From Capsulimonadales bacterium (GTDB lineage: Bacteria; Armatimonadota; Armatimonadia; Armatimonadales; Armatimonadaceae): 51,587 nucleotides of DNA. The notes beneath the pieces were generated by a model that was given only the letters and a program-made list of their open reading frames with translations, had not been told where the DNA came from and ran no database searches. Location: positions 1 to 51,587 of the forward strand of contig JANRLW010000082.1 in assembly GCA_033762295.1 (NCBI GenBank), read 5' to 3'. The translations under genes and the position numbers were made by a program. Every line of letters begins with the position of its first letter. Position 1 is the stretch's first letter. Shown here one piece after another: positions 18,248 through 28,826 of the stretch.

Positions 18248-20770
18248 ATGAAGCGCTCCGCTCTCCTTCTCCTTACCGTCTCCTTGCTCCTGTCCGGCGC
18301 CGGGTATCTGAGTTCCCGGTTCCTCCCCGTCGGACCGACCGACAGGGGCGGCTTCGTCGTCGCCACCGGCCAGACCATCCGCTCCGTCGGCGAGGTTCTG
18401 ACCTACTCCGGACGCCCCGTGGACATGGCGCTCTCTCCGGACGGTAAAACCCTCTACCTGAAGGACGATAAGGGGTTCGTTCGTATCGATACCGACACCT
18501 GGAAACTGCGTCAACGGCTCGCGTTCCCCGGAGAGGGCGGCGGTTCGCTCCACGGTATCACGGTCCGTCCCGACGGCAAACGCGTCTTCGCCTCGGGCGC
18601 GGGCAACACCGTCTGGGAGGCCGCCGTCGCTGCCGATGGCTCCCTCTCCATCTCCCGCGGGATTTCCCTGCCCGGTCCGGAGGGCAAGGGCGCGAGCTAC
18701 CCGACCGGGTTGACCCTGTCCGGCGATGGCAAAACGCTGCCGGTCTGTCTCTCCCGCAACAATACGCTGGCAATGGTCGATCTGGCCACCGGCAACGTGA
18801 CCGAGACCCGGCCAACCGGGGTCGCGCCGTTCGATGTTCTGCAGGCCGGAGCAGACCTGGTGGTTTCCGATTGGGGCGGACGACGCGCGAAAGAGGGAGA
18901 CCGAACCGCCGATTCCGCCGGCACCCCGACCGTGGTCGATGAACGCGGCGTCGCGTCCACCGGCACCGTCACCCAATTCTCCGCCGACGGAACCGTGCGG
19001 ACCCTGTCGGTCGGGCGGCACCCGTCCGATCTCGTCGCCACTCCGGACGGGAAAACGCTCTTTGTCGCGAACGCCAACGACGATACCGTCAGCGTGATCG
19101 AGAACGGAACGGTTCGCGAAACCCTCGTCGTCAAGCCCGACCCCAAACTACCCTTCGGCAGCATGCCCAACGCGCTCGCCCTGTCGCCGGACGGCAAAAC
19201 GCTCTTCGTCGCCTGCGGCGGCAATAACGCGGTCGCGGTCGTATCCCTCCGTCCCATGCGCGTCCTCGGGTGGATCCCGGCCGGGTGGTATCCGGGCGCA
19301 CTCGCCACCGACGGCAAGTACCTCTACATCGCCAATATCAAGGGCAACGGTTCCCGCACCGCGACCGAGAAGACCGCGAAGGAGGGGTGGAACGTCTATC
19401 AGTATCAGGGAACCGTCCAGAGGGTCGCGCTGCCCGATACGGCGACCCTGGCAAAGTACACCGCCCGGGTCCGGGCCGACGCCCGTGTTCCCGAAGTGCT
19501 TCGGACCGCCGAGCGACAGCGTTCGGGGAAAGCGCCGGTCCCGGTTCCGGAGCGGGTCGGCGAACCGTCCGTCTTCAAGCACGTCGTCTACGTCATCAAG
19601 GAGAACCGGACCTACGATCAGGTCTTCGGCGATCTCAAACAGGGCAACGGCGACCCGAACCTCTGCCTCTACGGACGGGAGGTAACCCCCAACCACCATG
19701 CTCTGGCCGAACAGTTCGTCCTGCTCGACAACTTCTACTGCAATGGCGTTCTGTCCGCCGACGGGCACTCCTGGGCGACCGAGGGCCATGTCACCGACCA
19801 TCTGGAAAAGGCGTTCGGCGGATTCACCCGCTCCTATACCTTCGGCGACGACCCCCTCACCTACTCGTCGTCCGGTCTGCTCTGGGATAACGTCCTGGCG
19901 CGCGGCCTGTCTTTCCGCAACTACGGAGAGATGGACTACACCGACGCCGTTCCCGATCCGGGGTTCGTCGCCATCCTGAAGGACCGGAACGAAAAGACCG
20001 GAAAGATCACGTTCAAGCACAAGATCGGTATCGACCGCCTGGCCCGGTACAGCAGCCCGGACTGCCCCGGCTGGAACATGAACATTCCGGATCAGATTCG
20101 GGCTGATATCTTTCTGCGCGACCTGAAGGAGTTCGAGCGGAACGGCAATCTGCCGAACCTGACCATCGTTTACCTGCCGAACGACCATACCTCCGGGGTC
20201 GCGCCGGGCGTACCAACCCCGCGCGCCCTGATGGCCGACAACGATCTCGCGCTCGGTCGCGTCGTGGAAGGTCTCGCCAAAAGCCGGTTCTGGCCACAGA
20301 CCTGTATTTTTGTCGTTGAAGACGATCCGCAGGCGGGCTTCGACCATGTGGACGGTCACCGCTCCCCGTGTCTGGTCGTCAGCCCGTACACGCGGCGCGG
20401 CGCGGTCGTGAAGGAGTTTTACAACCAGACGTCCGTCCTGCACACGATGGAGCGTATCCTGGGCGTCCCGCCGATGAACCAGATGGACGCCCTCGCCCCG
20501 CTGATGACCGCCTGCTTTACCGGCAAACCGGACCTGCGTCCCTTCACCGCGCTGCCGAACCGGGTTCCGCTGGACGAGGTGACGCCGGCGCGAAGCGCGA
20601 TGACCCCCCGAATGCGCCGCTTTGCCGACCTGACGGCGTGGCAGAACTTCCGCGAGGTCGATGCCATCGACGAGGACGCGATGAACCGTATTCTCTGGTT
20701 CGCGGCGAAAGGGGACCGCCCCTACCCCGCGCACTTCGCCGCCCGTGCGCGGCCGGACGACGAGGATTGA
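18248..20770 (+). CDS. YncE/YVTN beta-propeller fused to a phosphoesterase (alkaline phosphatase superfamily) domain
   Basis: Repeated LSPDGKTLY/FV blades; KHVVYVIKENRTYDQVFGD, SADGHSW, EDDPQAGFDHVDGHR. Confidence 0.9.
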   Translation: MKRSALLLLTVSLLLSGAGYLSSRFLPVGPTDRGGFVVATGQTIRSVGEVLTYSGRPVDMALSPDGKTLYLKDDKGFVRIDTDTWKLRQRLAFPGEGGGSLHGITVRPDGKRVFASGAGNTVWEAAVAADGSLSISRGISLPGPEGKGASYPTGLTLSGDGKTLPVCLSRNNTLAMVDLATGNVTETRPTGVAPFDVLQAGADLVVSDWGGRRAKEGDRTADSAGTPTVVDERGVASTGTVTQFSADGTVRTLSVGRHPSDLVATPDGKTLFVANANDDTVSVIENGTVRETLVVKPDPKLPFGSMPNALALSPDGKTLFVACGGNNAVAVVSLRPMRVLGWIPAGWYPGALATDGKYLYIANIKGNGSRTATEKTAKEGWNVYQYQGTVQRVALPDTATLAKYTARVRADARVPEVLRTAERQRSGKAPVPVPERVGEPSVFKHVVYVIKENRTYDQVFGDLKQGNGDPNLCLYGREVTPNHHALAEQFVLLDNFYCNGVLSADGHSWATEGHVTDHLEKAFGGFTRSYTFGDDPLTYSSSGLLWDNVLARGLSFRNYGEMDYTDAVPDPGFVAILKDRNEKTGKITFKHKIGIDRLARYSSPDCPGWNMNIPDQIRADIFLRDLKEFERNGNLPNLTIVYLPNDHTSGVAPGVPTPRALMADNDLALGRVVEGLAKSRFWPQTCIFVVEDDPQAGFDHVDGHRSPCLVVSPYTRRGAVVKEFYNQTSVLHTMERILGVPPMNQMDALAPLMTACFTGKPDLRPFTALPNRVPLDEVTPARSAMTPRMRRFADLTAWQNFREVDAIDEDAMNRILWFAAKGDRPYPAHFAARARPDDED

Positions 20771-20861
20771 GCAAGAGGATGGAGTACCGGGTTGGTTTTC
20801 GAGCGGTCCCTGGTTCTATTTGCTATACTGGGATTAAACTTTCTCGGAGACTGTCCTCGCC

Positions 20862-21650
20862 ATGGCATCCTTACCTCGTCGAACGCTTTCGCTGCTCGCC
20901 CTGCTGCTGCTGACCGCCGCCGCTTTTGCCGCACCGCCGAAGAAACTCCTGGTCGTTACCGTGACCAAAGGTTTTCGTCATGGCGACTCGATCGAAGTCG
21001 GCGAAAAGATCCTCGCCGAAATGGCGGCGCGGGATCGGTCCTTTGTCGTCGATTATGTCCGTAACGACGAAGAGATGGCGCAGAAGATGACGCCCGCCGC
21101 GCTGAAGGGGTACGATGGCGTCCTGTTTCTCAATACGACCGGCGACCTGCCGCTGCCGGATCGCGACGCGTTCATGAAGTGGATCGAAGCGGGACGCGGG
21201 TTTGTCGGCACGCATTCGGCTACCGATACCTTCCATGGCTATCCGCCGTACCTCGATATGATCGGAGCCGAGTTCAAAACGCATGGGGCGCAGAGCGAGG
21301 TCAACTGTCTGGTCATGGACCGCAAGCACCCGGCGACGAAGCCCCTCGGCGCGAGTTTCAAGGTCTTCGACGAGATCTATCAGTTCCAGCGGTACGATCG
21401 GACGAAGTTTCGCGACCTGTTCTCCCTGGATCGCCACCCGAACGAGGGAACGCCGGGGTATTACCCGCTCTCCTGGTGCCGGATGCAGGGCAAGGGCCGG
21501 GTGTTCTACACCGCGCTCGGGCATCGTCCGGATGTCTGGCAGTCGGCATGGTATCAGGCGCATCTGCTCGGCGGCATCCGCTGGGCCCTCGGTCTGGAAC
21601 GGGGCGACGCCCGACCGCAGACCGTTTCCGTGAACTCCGCCGCCCGCTAA
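20862..21650 (+). CDS. ThuA-like domain secreted protein
   Basis: Signal peptide; TKGFRHGDSI, FLNTTGD, GFVGTHSATDT, GRVFYTALGH. Confidence 0.9.
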   Translation: MASLPRRTLSLLALLLLTAAAFAAPPKKLLVVTVTKGFRHGDSIEVGEKILAEMAARDRSFVVDYVRNDEEMAQKMTPAALKGYDGVLFLNTTGDLPLPDRDAFMKWIEAGRGFVGTHSATDTFHGYPPYLDMIGAEFKTHGAQSEVNCLVMDRKHPATKPLGASFKVFDEIYQFQRYDRTKFRDLFSLDRHPNEGTPGYYPLSWCRMQGKGRVFYTALGHRPDVWQSAWYQAHLLGGIRWALGLERGDARPQTVSVNSAAR

Positions 21651-22822
21651 TCCGGGGAGCGTAGAAACGCGCGGATCAGGGGGCGCAGGCGGGCCTGCTC
21701 GACCAGAAAACCGTCGTGACCGTACACCGAATCCAGGCAGTGGTACTCGACCGCCTTCCCGAGTCGCCGCAGGACCGCGACCGCCGCTTCCGTCTCATGG
21801 GGCGGAAACAGATCATCCGACGATATGGAGATGAAAAAAATCCGCGCCGTGATCCGCGCCAGCGCCGCCTCCATGGTCGGGTAGTCGCGGGAGATATCGT
21901 GCAGGTCGACGGCTTTGGTCAGGTAGAGATAGGAGTTGGCATCGAAGCGCCGCACCAGCGCCTCCCCCTCCTCATGCAGGTAGCGTTCGACGTCGAACCG
22001 GGCATGCAGGTCGCGTTCGAGGGCCGACGTCTGGGCGGCGGGCGTTCTGCCGAACATCCGCTCCATGATCGGATCGGAAAGGTAGGTGATGGTGCCGACC
22101 ATCCGCGCCAGCGCCAGTCCGGCGTCCGGACCGCCCTCCGGATGATCGTAGTACTCGCCGTTGCGCCACTTCGGGTCCAGGCAGATCGCCCGGCGGGCGA
22201 TCTCGTTGAACGCGATGCCCCGGGCCGAAAGACGAGGCGTGGTGGCGATCGGCAGGACGGCGTCGGTCCGGTCCGCGAAGGTCACCGCCCATTCCAGCGC
22301 TTGCATCCCGCCCATCGACCCGCCGGTCACCAGGCGCAAACGTTCGATTCCCAGGCACTCGCGCAGGAATCGCTCCTGCAAGCGCACCATATCCCGGATG
22401 GTGATGATCGGGAAGGTAAGGCCGTACGGTCGACCGGTTCGGGGATCGATCGACGACGGGCCGGTCGTGCCGCGACAGCCGCCGAGCGAGTTGACGGCGA
22501 CGACGAAAAACCGATCGGTGTCGAAGACCTTTCCGGGGCCGATCAGGCTGTCCCAGTACCCGACGCTGCGGTTTTCCGGGGCGTACTTCCCGGCGGCATG
22601 CGAGGAGCCGGTCAGCCCGTGCTGCACCAGGATCACGTTGTCCCGCGCAGCGTTCAGCGTCCCATACGTCTCGTAAGCGACCGTGATCGGCGCGAGCGTC
22701 TGCCGGTTATCGAGCAGAAAAGGGTCCGCTTCCGTCCCGAGGGTCCAAAATCGTTTCTCGACGATTCCGGCCGACCCGACCCGTTCGTCGGGATCGTCCG
22801 ACTCCTCTAGCGCACGACCCAC
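21647..22822 (-). CDS. metX: Homoserine O-acyltransferase (MetX family)
   Basis: AYETYGTLN, HGLTGSSH, GGSMGGMQ, RFDANSYLY, YGHDGFL. Confidence 0.92.
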   Translation of the reverse strand: MGRALEESDDPDERVGSAGIVEKRFWTLGTEADPFLLDNRQTLAPITVAYETYGTLNAARDNVILVQHGLTGSSHAAGKYAPENRSVGYWDSLIGPGKVFDTDRFFVVAVNSLGGCRGTTGPSSIDPRTGRPYGLTFPIITIRDMVRLQERFLRECLGIERLRLVTGGSMGGMQALEWAVTFADRTDAVLPIATTPRLSARGIAFNEIARRAICLDPKWRNGEYYDHPEGGPDAGLALARMVGTITYLSDPIMERMFGRTPAAQTSALERDLHARFDVERYLHEEGEALVRRFDANSYLYLTKAVDLHDISRDYPTMEAALARITARIFFISISSDDLFPPHETEAAVAVLRRLGKAVEYHCLDSVYGHDGFLVEQARLRPLIRAFLRSPD

Positions 22823-23070
22823 TCGTCCGTCCCGTCCAGTCCGATATACGACGTCTCAATGCCCTCGGACCGCGCCCAGGCCAGCCCTTCCTCGATCTTT
22901 TCGGACGTTCCGGTAAGTTCCAGAACCGTAAATCCGCCGACGTGAATGTCGATATTTGCCCGACGGATCGAAAATCGGATGTCGAAATCGTGGGCGAGGT
23001 GCCAGATGATCGGCTTCTTGACATGTTCGAGCGGGAAGTTCAGCTGTACCCGCACCGTATCCTGTGTCAT
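22807..23070 (-). CDS. Stand-alone NIL domain protein
   Basis: VRVQLNFP...KPIIWHLAHDFDIRFSIRRANI...GFTVLELTG pattern. Confidence 0.8.
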   Translation of the reverse strand: MTQDTVRVQLNFPLEHVKKPIIWHLAHDFDIRFSIRRANIDIHVGGFTVLELTGTSEKIEEGLAWARSEGIETSYIGLDGTDEWVVR

Positions 23071-23079
23071 TTCATGCTC

Positions 23080-23859
23080 CTACCGCTCGATGTTCCACGC
23101 CTTCATCTCTTCGAGAAAGGCGTACGCGGTCATATCCAGATGGATGGGAGTGACGGCGATGTATCCCTGCCCGACTTCATGGACATCCGTGCCCTCCGCC
23201 GTCTCCTTGGCATGGATCTTTCCGCCGAGCCAGAAGTACGGTCGTCCGAGCGGATCGAACCGTTTCTCGACCCGGTCCACATACTGTCGGTCGCCCTGGA
23301 TACAGAGTTTCACTCCGGTGATCTCGTCCTCCGGCAGGTCCGGCACATTGACGTTAATCAGGGTCGCGGGCGGCAGTCCGTAGGCGCAGACGGAGGGAGC
23401 GAGTTTGCCGGCGACAAAGTCGGCCGCCGTCTCCCAGTGTCGGATGTCGGCATAGGAGGTCATCGAAACGGCGATGGCCGGCACCCCGATGATGACCGCT
23501 TCCATGGCGACTGAAACCGTCCCGGAATAGGTGACATCCCAGCCCAGATTGGGACCGTGATTGATCCCGCTGACGACCAGATCGATCTCGTTCGGCGCGA
23601 TTTCGAGCAGTCCCAGGGTCGTGCAGTCGGTCGGCGTCCCGGAGGCCGCCCAGGCTTCCGACCCGTCGGCCAGCGTCGTTTTTACCATTCGCAACGGTTT
23701 GTGCAGCGTGATCGAGTGTCCGGAGGCCGAACGGGGTCGGTCCGGGGCGCAGACCGTCACCAGATGGCCGTTCCGCTCAAACGCCCGCTTTAACGCCAGC
23801 AGGCCCGGCGATTGAATTCCATCGTCGTTGGAAAGGAGAACACGCATCGGTAAGGACAT
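23080..23859 (-). CDS. surE: 5'/3'-nucleotidase SurE
   Basis: LLSNDDG, SGTPTDC, VVSGINHGPNLG, YSGTV motifs. Confidence 0.95.
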   Translation of the reverse strand: MSLPMRVLLSNDDGIQSPGLLALKRAFERNGHLVTVCAPDRPRSASGHSITLHKPLRMVKTTLADGSEAWAASGTPTDCTTLGLLEIAPNEIDLVVSGINHGPNLGWDVTYSGTVSVAMEAVIIGVPAIAVSMTSYADIRHWETAADFVAGKLAPSVCAYGLPPATLINVNVPDLPEDEITGVKLCIQGDRQYVDRVEKRFDPLGRPYFWLGGKIHAKETAEGTDVHEVGQGYIAVTPIHLDMTAYAFLEEMKAWNIER

Positions 23860-23961
23860 AACGACCCATTCTAACCTATCGGTCCGGACCCGGCAACCGG
23901 GTTCCGATCTCATCCGAACCCACGGAGGCGATAGACGGCATCAGGAACGGCGAGAGGGCGA

Positions 23962-24747
23962 TCAGGAACGGAAGTAGAAGAAAAGCACGCCGGCATCGAA
24001 GCCGGCCGACACCAGGAAGTGCAGGAGGAAGCACGGCAGGAACGAACGGTAGCGCAGGGCGAACCAGGCCATCAGCACTCCGCCGGGCAGCGACGACAGC
24101 GTTTCCGGCATCGGTTTCCCCCAGTGCAGCGCCATGAACAGCAGCGACTGACCGAGGACCGCTCCCCAGAGCGGCATGACCTTACGCAGACCGTTCAGCA
24201 GAAATCCCCGGTGGTACCACTCCCAGGAGAACATGTAGAACGCCATGACGAACTCATGGTAGACGAGGCGTCCGCCGTCGAGAAACGCGCCTTTCGACCA
24301 GGTTCGGGTCCCGTAATCGAAGACCGCGCCGACAATCGTCCGTGAACCGCTGCTACCGAGCCAGTTCAGATAGTAGTCCTGCGCGTCCCGCATCGGCGCG
24401 ACCACCCAGAGCACGGGCACGAAAAGCAAAAAGAGCGCCACGGCGACCAGCAGTCCCGGACCGCTTCGCCCCCACCGCAGTCCGAACTCCGCCGGGTCGC
24501 GGCGAAGAACCATCAAAATGACCAGCAACGGAACGAACAGGATACAGGTGATGTTCAGGAGGTTATATTCCGAGAAATCCATGCCGAAGTTATTGCGCCA
24601 GAAAAGAAAACCGGAAACCCCGAGTCCGGTCGCCAGGGTCGTCCATCCCGCCTTCGGATCGTGCTCGACGGGTTCCGGATCGATCAAGGTCGCGAACGCT
24701 TCGCGTCCCTTTTGCCACCAGCCCCCGAGCCGTTCCGATCCTGCCAA
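23962..24747 (-). CDS. CPBP/Abi family intramembrane glutamic endopeptidase-like protein
   Basis: Multiple TM segments; WEWYHRGFLL, FMALHWGKP, FLLH motifs. Confidence 0.8.
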   Translation of the reverse strand: MAGSERLGGWWQKGREAFATLIDPEPVEHDPKAGWTTLATGLGVSGFLFWRNNFGMDFSEYNLLNITCILFVPLLVILMVLRRDPAEFGLRWGRSGPGLLVAVALFLLFVPVLWVVAPMRDAQDYYLNWLGSSGSRTIVGAVFDYGTRTWSKGAFLDGGRLVYHEFVMAFYMFSWEWYHRGFLLNGLRKVMPLWGAVLGQSLLFMALHWGKPMPETLSSLPGGVLMAWFALRYRSFLPCFLLHFLVSAGFDAGVLFFYFRS

Positions 24748-24768
24748 GGTTTTGTCTCCTGCCGATCG

Positions 24769-26220
24769 TTACCGGACCTTACCGGCGAGTTTCGCCGATT
24801 CGGCGACCAGTTTCCGGCGTCCTTCCGCGACGGACTGCCGGAGATGCGGAACATTGATCAGCGTGTGCCGCCCGCTTTCGTAGACGACCTTTCCGCCGAC
24901 CATGGTCAGCGTGACGTCGGAGGCGCGGCAACCGAACACGAGGGCGGCGATCGGGTTATCGTCGGCGGTCGGCGTCACATGCAGGCCATCGAGTCGGACG
25001 ACCGCGAGATCGGCGCGTTTGTCCCGCTCCAGACTGCCGATCTCTCCCTGTCGTCCCAGCGCGGTCGCCCCGCCGAGGGTCGCCATGCGAAAGACGTCTC
25101 CGGCGGTCAGCGCGGCGGCGTCCCGCTCCCGCGCCCGCGACTGGAAAACCGCCTCCCGCATCTCCTCGAACATATCGGCGTTGTTGTTCGATGCGACCGA
25201 ATCGGTCCCGAGTCCGATCGGCAGGTCCGCATCACGAAGCGCGCGCACGGGCGCGAACCCCGCTCCGAGCTTGCCGTTCGATTTGGGACAGTGCGCGATG
25301 GCGCATCCGGCCTCCTTCAGACGGGCGATATCGTCGGCATCGAGGTGCACCGTATGCACGACCAGCGTTCCCGGAAGCAGCGCGCCGCAGTCCGCCAGGT
25401 AACGGGTCGGAGAGACGCCGGGCGTCTTCCACCGGATACCGCGCCGATCGAACATCTCGGCGAACGGGCCGGTTCCGTTCCGAATCAGATCGACTTCCGC
25501 CTGCGTCTCCGCCAGATGGATCGTCTGCGGCAGGTCCTCCTCTTGCGACCATTCGGCCAGAGCGGCGAAGAGATCGGGACGCACGGTATAGGGGGCATGC
25601 GGAGAGATTCCCAGGGTGACCCGGTCGCCGGTTCCGAGCCGATGTTGCTGGGAGCGCAGATCATGGAGGCGGTTCTTCAGGTGCCGGACGATCTCGGCGG
25701 CGGACGGTTCGGCCTCGATCCCGAACACCTCCCGGTAGACGATGCCGCGCAGACCGGTGGTGGCCAGCGCACTCAGCGACGCGCCGGCGTCGGCGGCGTC
25801 GGCGACGCACGTGATACCGCCCGCCACCATCTCCGCCGCGCCCAGGGTTGCCGACGCCACCCAGTCATCCAGGTTCAGGTACGCTTTCAGCGCGGTCAGC
25901 GTGCGAATCCACGGGAAGAACGCCATATCCTCCAGCAGGCCGCGCATCACCGTGTATTCGAGATGGGCATGCACGTTGACAAAGCCCGGCACGATCGCCG
26001 CCATGCCGAAATCGTGCGTGTTCCGATCGACCGGGCCGAACGCCTTCCCGATAAAGGTGATCACGCCGTTCTCGACGGTGACCTCGCCATTCTCGATCGG
26101 CGGCAGGTGGACGGGAACGACCCAGCGCGCGCGCAGACGCACCGGACCGGTCCCGAAACGGATGGCGTCGCCGACTACGGGCACGGACCGCTGCCCTGTC
26201 CGGTAATGCGCACCGCCCAT
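24769..26220 (-). CDS. Metal-dependent amidohydrolase (MTA/SAH deaminase-like)
   Basis: [43 protein letters not shown]; true start may be slightly downstream. Confidence 0.88.
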   Translation of the reverse strand: MGGAHYRTGQRSVPVVGDAIRFGTGPVRLRARWVVPVHLPPIENGEVTVENGVITFIGKAFGPVDRNTHDFGMAAIVPGFVNVHAHLEYTVMRGLLEDMAFFPWIRTLTALKAYLNLDDWVASATLGAAEMVAGGITCVADAADAGASLSALATTGLRGIVYREVFGIEAEPSAAEIVRHLKNRLHDLRSQQHRLGTGDRVTLGISPHAPYTVRPDLFAALAEWSQEEDLPQTIHLAETQAEVDLIRNGTGPFAEMFDRRGIRWKTPGVSPTRYLADCGALLPGTLVVHTVHLDADDIARLKEAGCAIAHCPKSNGKLGAGFAPVRALRDADLPIGLGTDSVASNNNADMFEEMREAVFQSRARERDAAALTAGDVFRMATLGGATALGRQGEIGSLERDKRADLAVVRLDGLHVTPTADDNPIAALVFGCRASDVTLTMVGGKVVYESGRHTLINVPHLRQSVAEGRRKLVAESAKLAGKVR

Positions 26221-26990
26221 GCTTCCTGGTACTGCTGGTTGGTCAGCAGTTTGGCGTGACCGTCGACGAACAGCGTGACGTACTTCAGTCCGGAGTTGGT
26301 AAAGAACGAGGCGTTGCCGTGCCAGGACCCGGCTCCGTCGAAAAGAAGGTTGATCTGCGCCGGTCCCGCCGGTTGGCCGTTGAAATCCACCCCCTCCAGC
26401 GTGTCGATATTGGCGCGTCCGATCGCCAGAGCGGTCCGGACCAGATAGGACGCGCCGTATTTCTCGAACATGGTCGGGCGGGCGGGCATCGCACAGGGGC
26501 CGTTACAGGAGGAGTTGTTGTCCAGAGTATCGAACCCGGTATCCCCCGCACATTTCCAGATATCCCAGGACTTGAGGTACGGATCGAGGATTCCGGTTCG
26601 GTAGAACGCAGGTCGGGTCATGAGGGCCGCCGTTTTTTCCGGGACCGGGTGCAACATCGGCATGGCGTCGATGTACGCGCGGCACTCCTCCGGGGCGAAC
26701 GCCCACATTTCGGGAACGAACGTATCGGAGGCGTCCTTGCCGAACGGCAGCAGTCCGTCATAATCCTGGGTGTACATCTGCACGCCCAGTCCGATCTGCT
26801 TCAGGTTGGAAAGGCAAACGGTCTGCCGGGCCTTGCCGCGCACCTGGGCGAAGACCGGAAAAATGATTGCGGCCAGCAACGCGATAATGGCGATGACGAC
26901 GAGCAGTTCAACGAGCGTGAATGCGCGGGCGGAAGGGGACAGCGCCCCGATCGCACGATACCTCCCGACGGCAGATCGAATACATTCCAT
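26175..26990 (-). CDS. Prepilin-type DUF1559 protein
   Basis: [27 protein letters not shown]...[11 protein letters not shown]...LFVDGHAK. Confidence 0.88.
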   Translation of the reverse strand: MECIRSAVGRYRAIGALSPSARAFTLVELLVVIAIIALLAAIIFPVFAQVRGKARQTVCLSNLKQIGLGVQMYTQDYDGLLPFGKDASDTFVPEMWAFAPEECRAYIDAMPMLHPVPEKTAALMTRPAFYRTGILDPYLKSWDIWKCAGDTGFDTLDNNSSCNGPCAMPARPTMFEKYGASYLVRTALAIGRANIDTLEGVDFNGQPAGPAQINLLFDGAGSWHGNASFFTNSGLKYVTLFVDGHAKLLTNQQYQEAWAVRITGQGSGPCP

Positions 26991-27061
26991 GGTTGGTTGT
27001 CCGGGTTCTTCGGGTTTTGAATGTGAGGCAGTCCACCGCCGGGTCGGTTCGCCCGGCGGCA

Positions 27062-28174
27062 TCACACCAGTGTATCCGGTGCGATATATTCCGCGCCATA
27101 CTGTTCGGCAAGCGGCTTGAACGTCACTTTTCCATCGGCAAGATTGAGCCCCTTCAGCAGGGCGCCGTCCTGGCACAACGCCGCTTTCCAGCCTTTGGCC
27201 GCCAGCGCCAGGACATAGGGCAGGGTCGCGTTCGTGAGGGCGAAGGAGGAGGTAAAGGGGACGGCTCCGGGCATATTGGCCACCCCGTAATGCAGCACGC
27301 CGTCGACGAAATAGGTCGGGTTCTTATGGGTGGTCGGTCGCGTGGTTTCGATGCATCCTCCCTGATCGACGGCGACATCGACGACGACCGCGCCCGGTTT
27401 CATCTGGGCGATGACGGAACGCGGCACCAGGGTCGGCGCTTTCGCGCCTTTGAGCAATACCGCGCCGATCAGGAGATCGGCTTCCAGAGCTTTTTCACGG
27501 ATAGCGGCGCGCGTCGAATAGAGCGTGGTGACGTTCTTGGGCATGACATCGTCCAGATAGCGCAGACGTGGCAGGGAAACATCGAAGATCGTCACGTTCG
27601 CGCCCATTCCCGCCGCGATTTTCGCGGATTCCGTACCGACCATACCACCGCCGAGGATAATGACCCGTGCGGGCGCGACGCCGGGAACGCCTCCCAGAAG
27701 AATCCCGCGTCCGCCCATCGCCCGCTCCAGATACTTCGCGCCCTCCTGCACCGCCATGCGACCGGCGACCTCGCTCATCGGGGCGAGCAGAGGCAGCGAT
27801 CCGTCCGGAAGCTCAACCGTCTCGTAGGCGATACAGATCGCGCCCGATTCGAGACAGGCGCGTGTCAGCGGTTCCGAGGCGGCGAAGTGGAAATAGGTAA
27901 ACAGGATCTGTCCGGGCCGTAACAGACCGTATTCGGCTGCCAGCGGTTCCTTGACCTTGACCACCATCTCGGCGCGGGCGTACACCTCCTCCGGAGAGGT
28001 GGCGATCGACGCTCCCGCCGCCCGGTAATCCGCATCCGAAAAACCGATGCCCGCCGCCGCCTGAGTCTCGACCAGAACCGAGTGACCGGCGGAGACAAGA
28101 GCATCCACCCCCGAGGGGAGAAGACCGACACGATACTCGTCCTCTTTGATCTCGCGGGGAACACCAATGCGCAT
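27062..28174 (-). CDS. ald: Alanine dehydrogenase
   Basis: [41 protein letters not shown]. Confidence 0.96.
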   Translation of the reverse strand: MRIGVPREIKEDEYRVGLLPSGVDALVSAGHSVLVETQAAAGIGFSDADYRAAGASIATSPEEVYARAEMVVKVKEPLAAEYGLLRPGQILFTYFHFAASEPLTRACLESGAICIAYETVELPDGSLPLLAPMSEVAGRMAVQEGAKYLERAMGGRGILLGGVPGVAPARVIILGGGMVGTESAKIAAGMGANVTIFDVSLPRLRYLDDVMPKNVTTLYSTRAAIREKALEADLLIGAVLLKGAKAPTLVPRSVIAQMKPGAVVVDVAVDQGGCIETTRPTTHKNPTYFVDGVLHYGVANMPGAVPFTSSFALTNATLPYVLALAAKGWKAALCQDGALLKGLNLADGKVTFKPLAEQYGAEYIAPDTLV

Positions 28175-28224
28175 AGGGTTATTCTACCACGCCGCCTGCT
28201 CCGGGAAGCGACCGGTTTCCGGGA

Positions 28225-28734
28225 TCAGGCGACCGGTGTCAACGGCGTCACGGGTGTCACCGGAGTTTCCACCGTATCCGGGGTCAGGACGGCGGTCTTG
28301 CGACCGAGGAACCGGATCCCCGCCCCGCAGACGCTGAAAACCATGCCGGCCGCGAGCAGTTGAGTCGCCAACTCCCAGCGTCCCGCCGTCACGAACCGGG
28401 CGATCTTCGGATTATTGGGGTCGTAGAAAACCGGCAACGGGGTCTTTTCCGGCAGCGGTTCGCCAAGAAGCTGATCCATGAACTCCACCTTTTGGCCTCG
28501 CGCATCGGTAAACCGGACAATATAGAGAATGCGCGGTATCTTAGTAGCCCGGTCGATCTCGCCATGAGAGTCGGTGTAGCTGCCTGTCGTTCGGGCCGCG
28601 AAGAACTGGAACCAGATCTCCCGGGAGGCAAGGACGATCCCGGCCAGCAGGATCGCCGCTCCCGCGATCGCCAGCATCACCGAGATCCGACGCTTCATTC
28701 CGGCCACTCCGCCCGACGCGTTCGTTTCCGCCAT
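28225..28734 (-). CDS. Two-TM membrane protein, DUF3592-like
   Basis: Two TM segments around VRFTDARG...VFYDPNNP; TPV-repeat tail. Confidence 0.65.
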   Translation of the reverse strand: MAETNASGGVAGMKRRISVMLAIAGAAILLAGIVLASREIWFQFFAARTTGSYTDSHGEIDRATKIPRILYIVRFTDARGQKVEFMDQLLGEPLPEKTPLPVFYDPNNPKIARFVTAGRWELATQLLAAGMVFSVCGAGIRFLGRKTAVLTPDTVETPVTPVTPLTPVA

Positions 28735-28826
28735 ACGATACCTGCTTTCATCCGTCGCCGATACCCGCCACCGCGGTAGCGGGTATTCCTGTTTTCTTGA
28801 ATGCAGTTATACCCGAAATCCTGAAA

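Noticed and set aside
23860..23960. SAM riboswitch upstream of the surE-NIL-metX genes
   Set aside because: No SAM-I or SAM-II consensus visible, and a -10 box sits directly before the surE start
28228..28285. 9-bp periodic repeat encoding TPVTPVTPLTPV
   Set aside because: Degenerate low-complexity protein tail with no sign of further function
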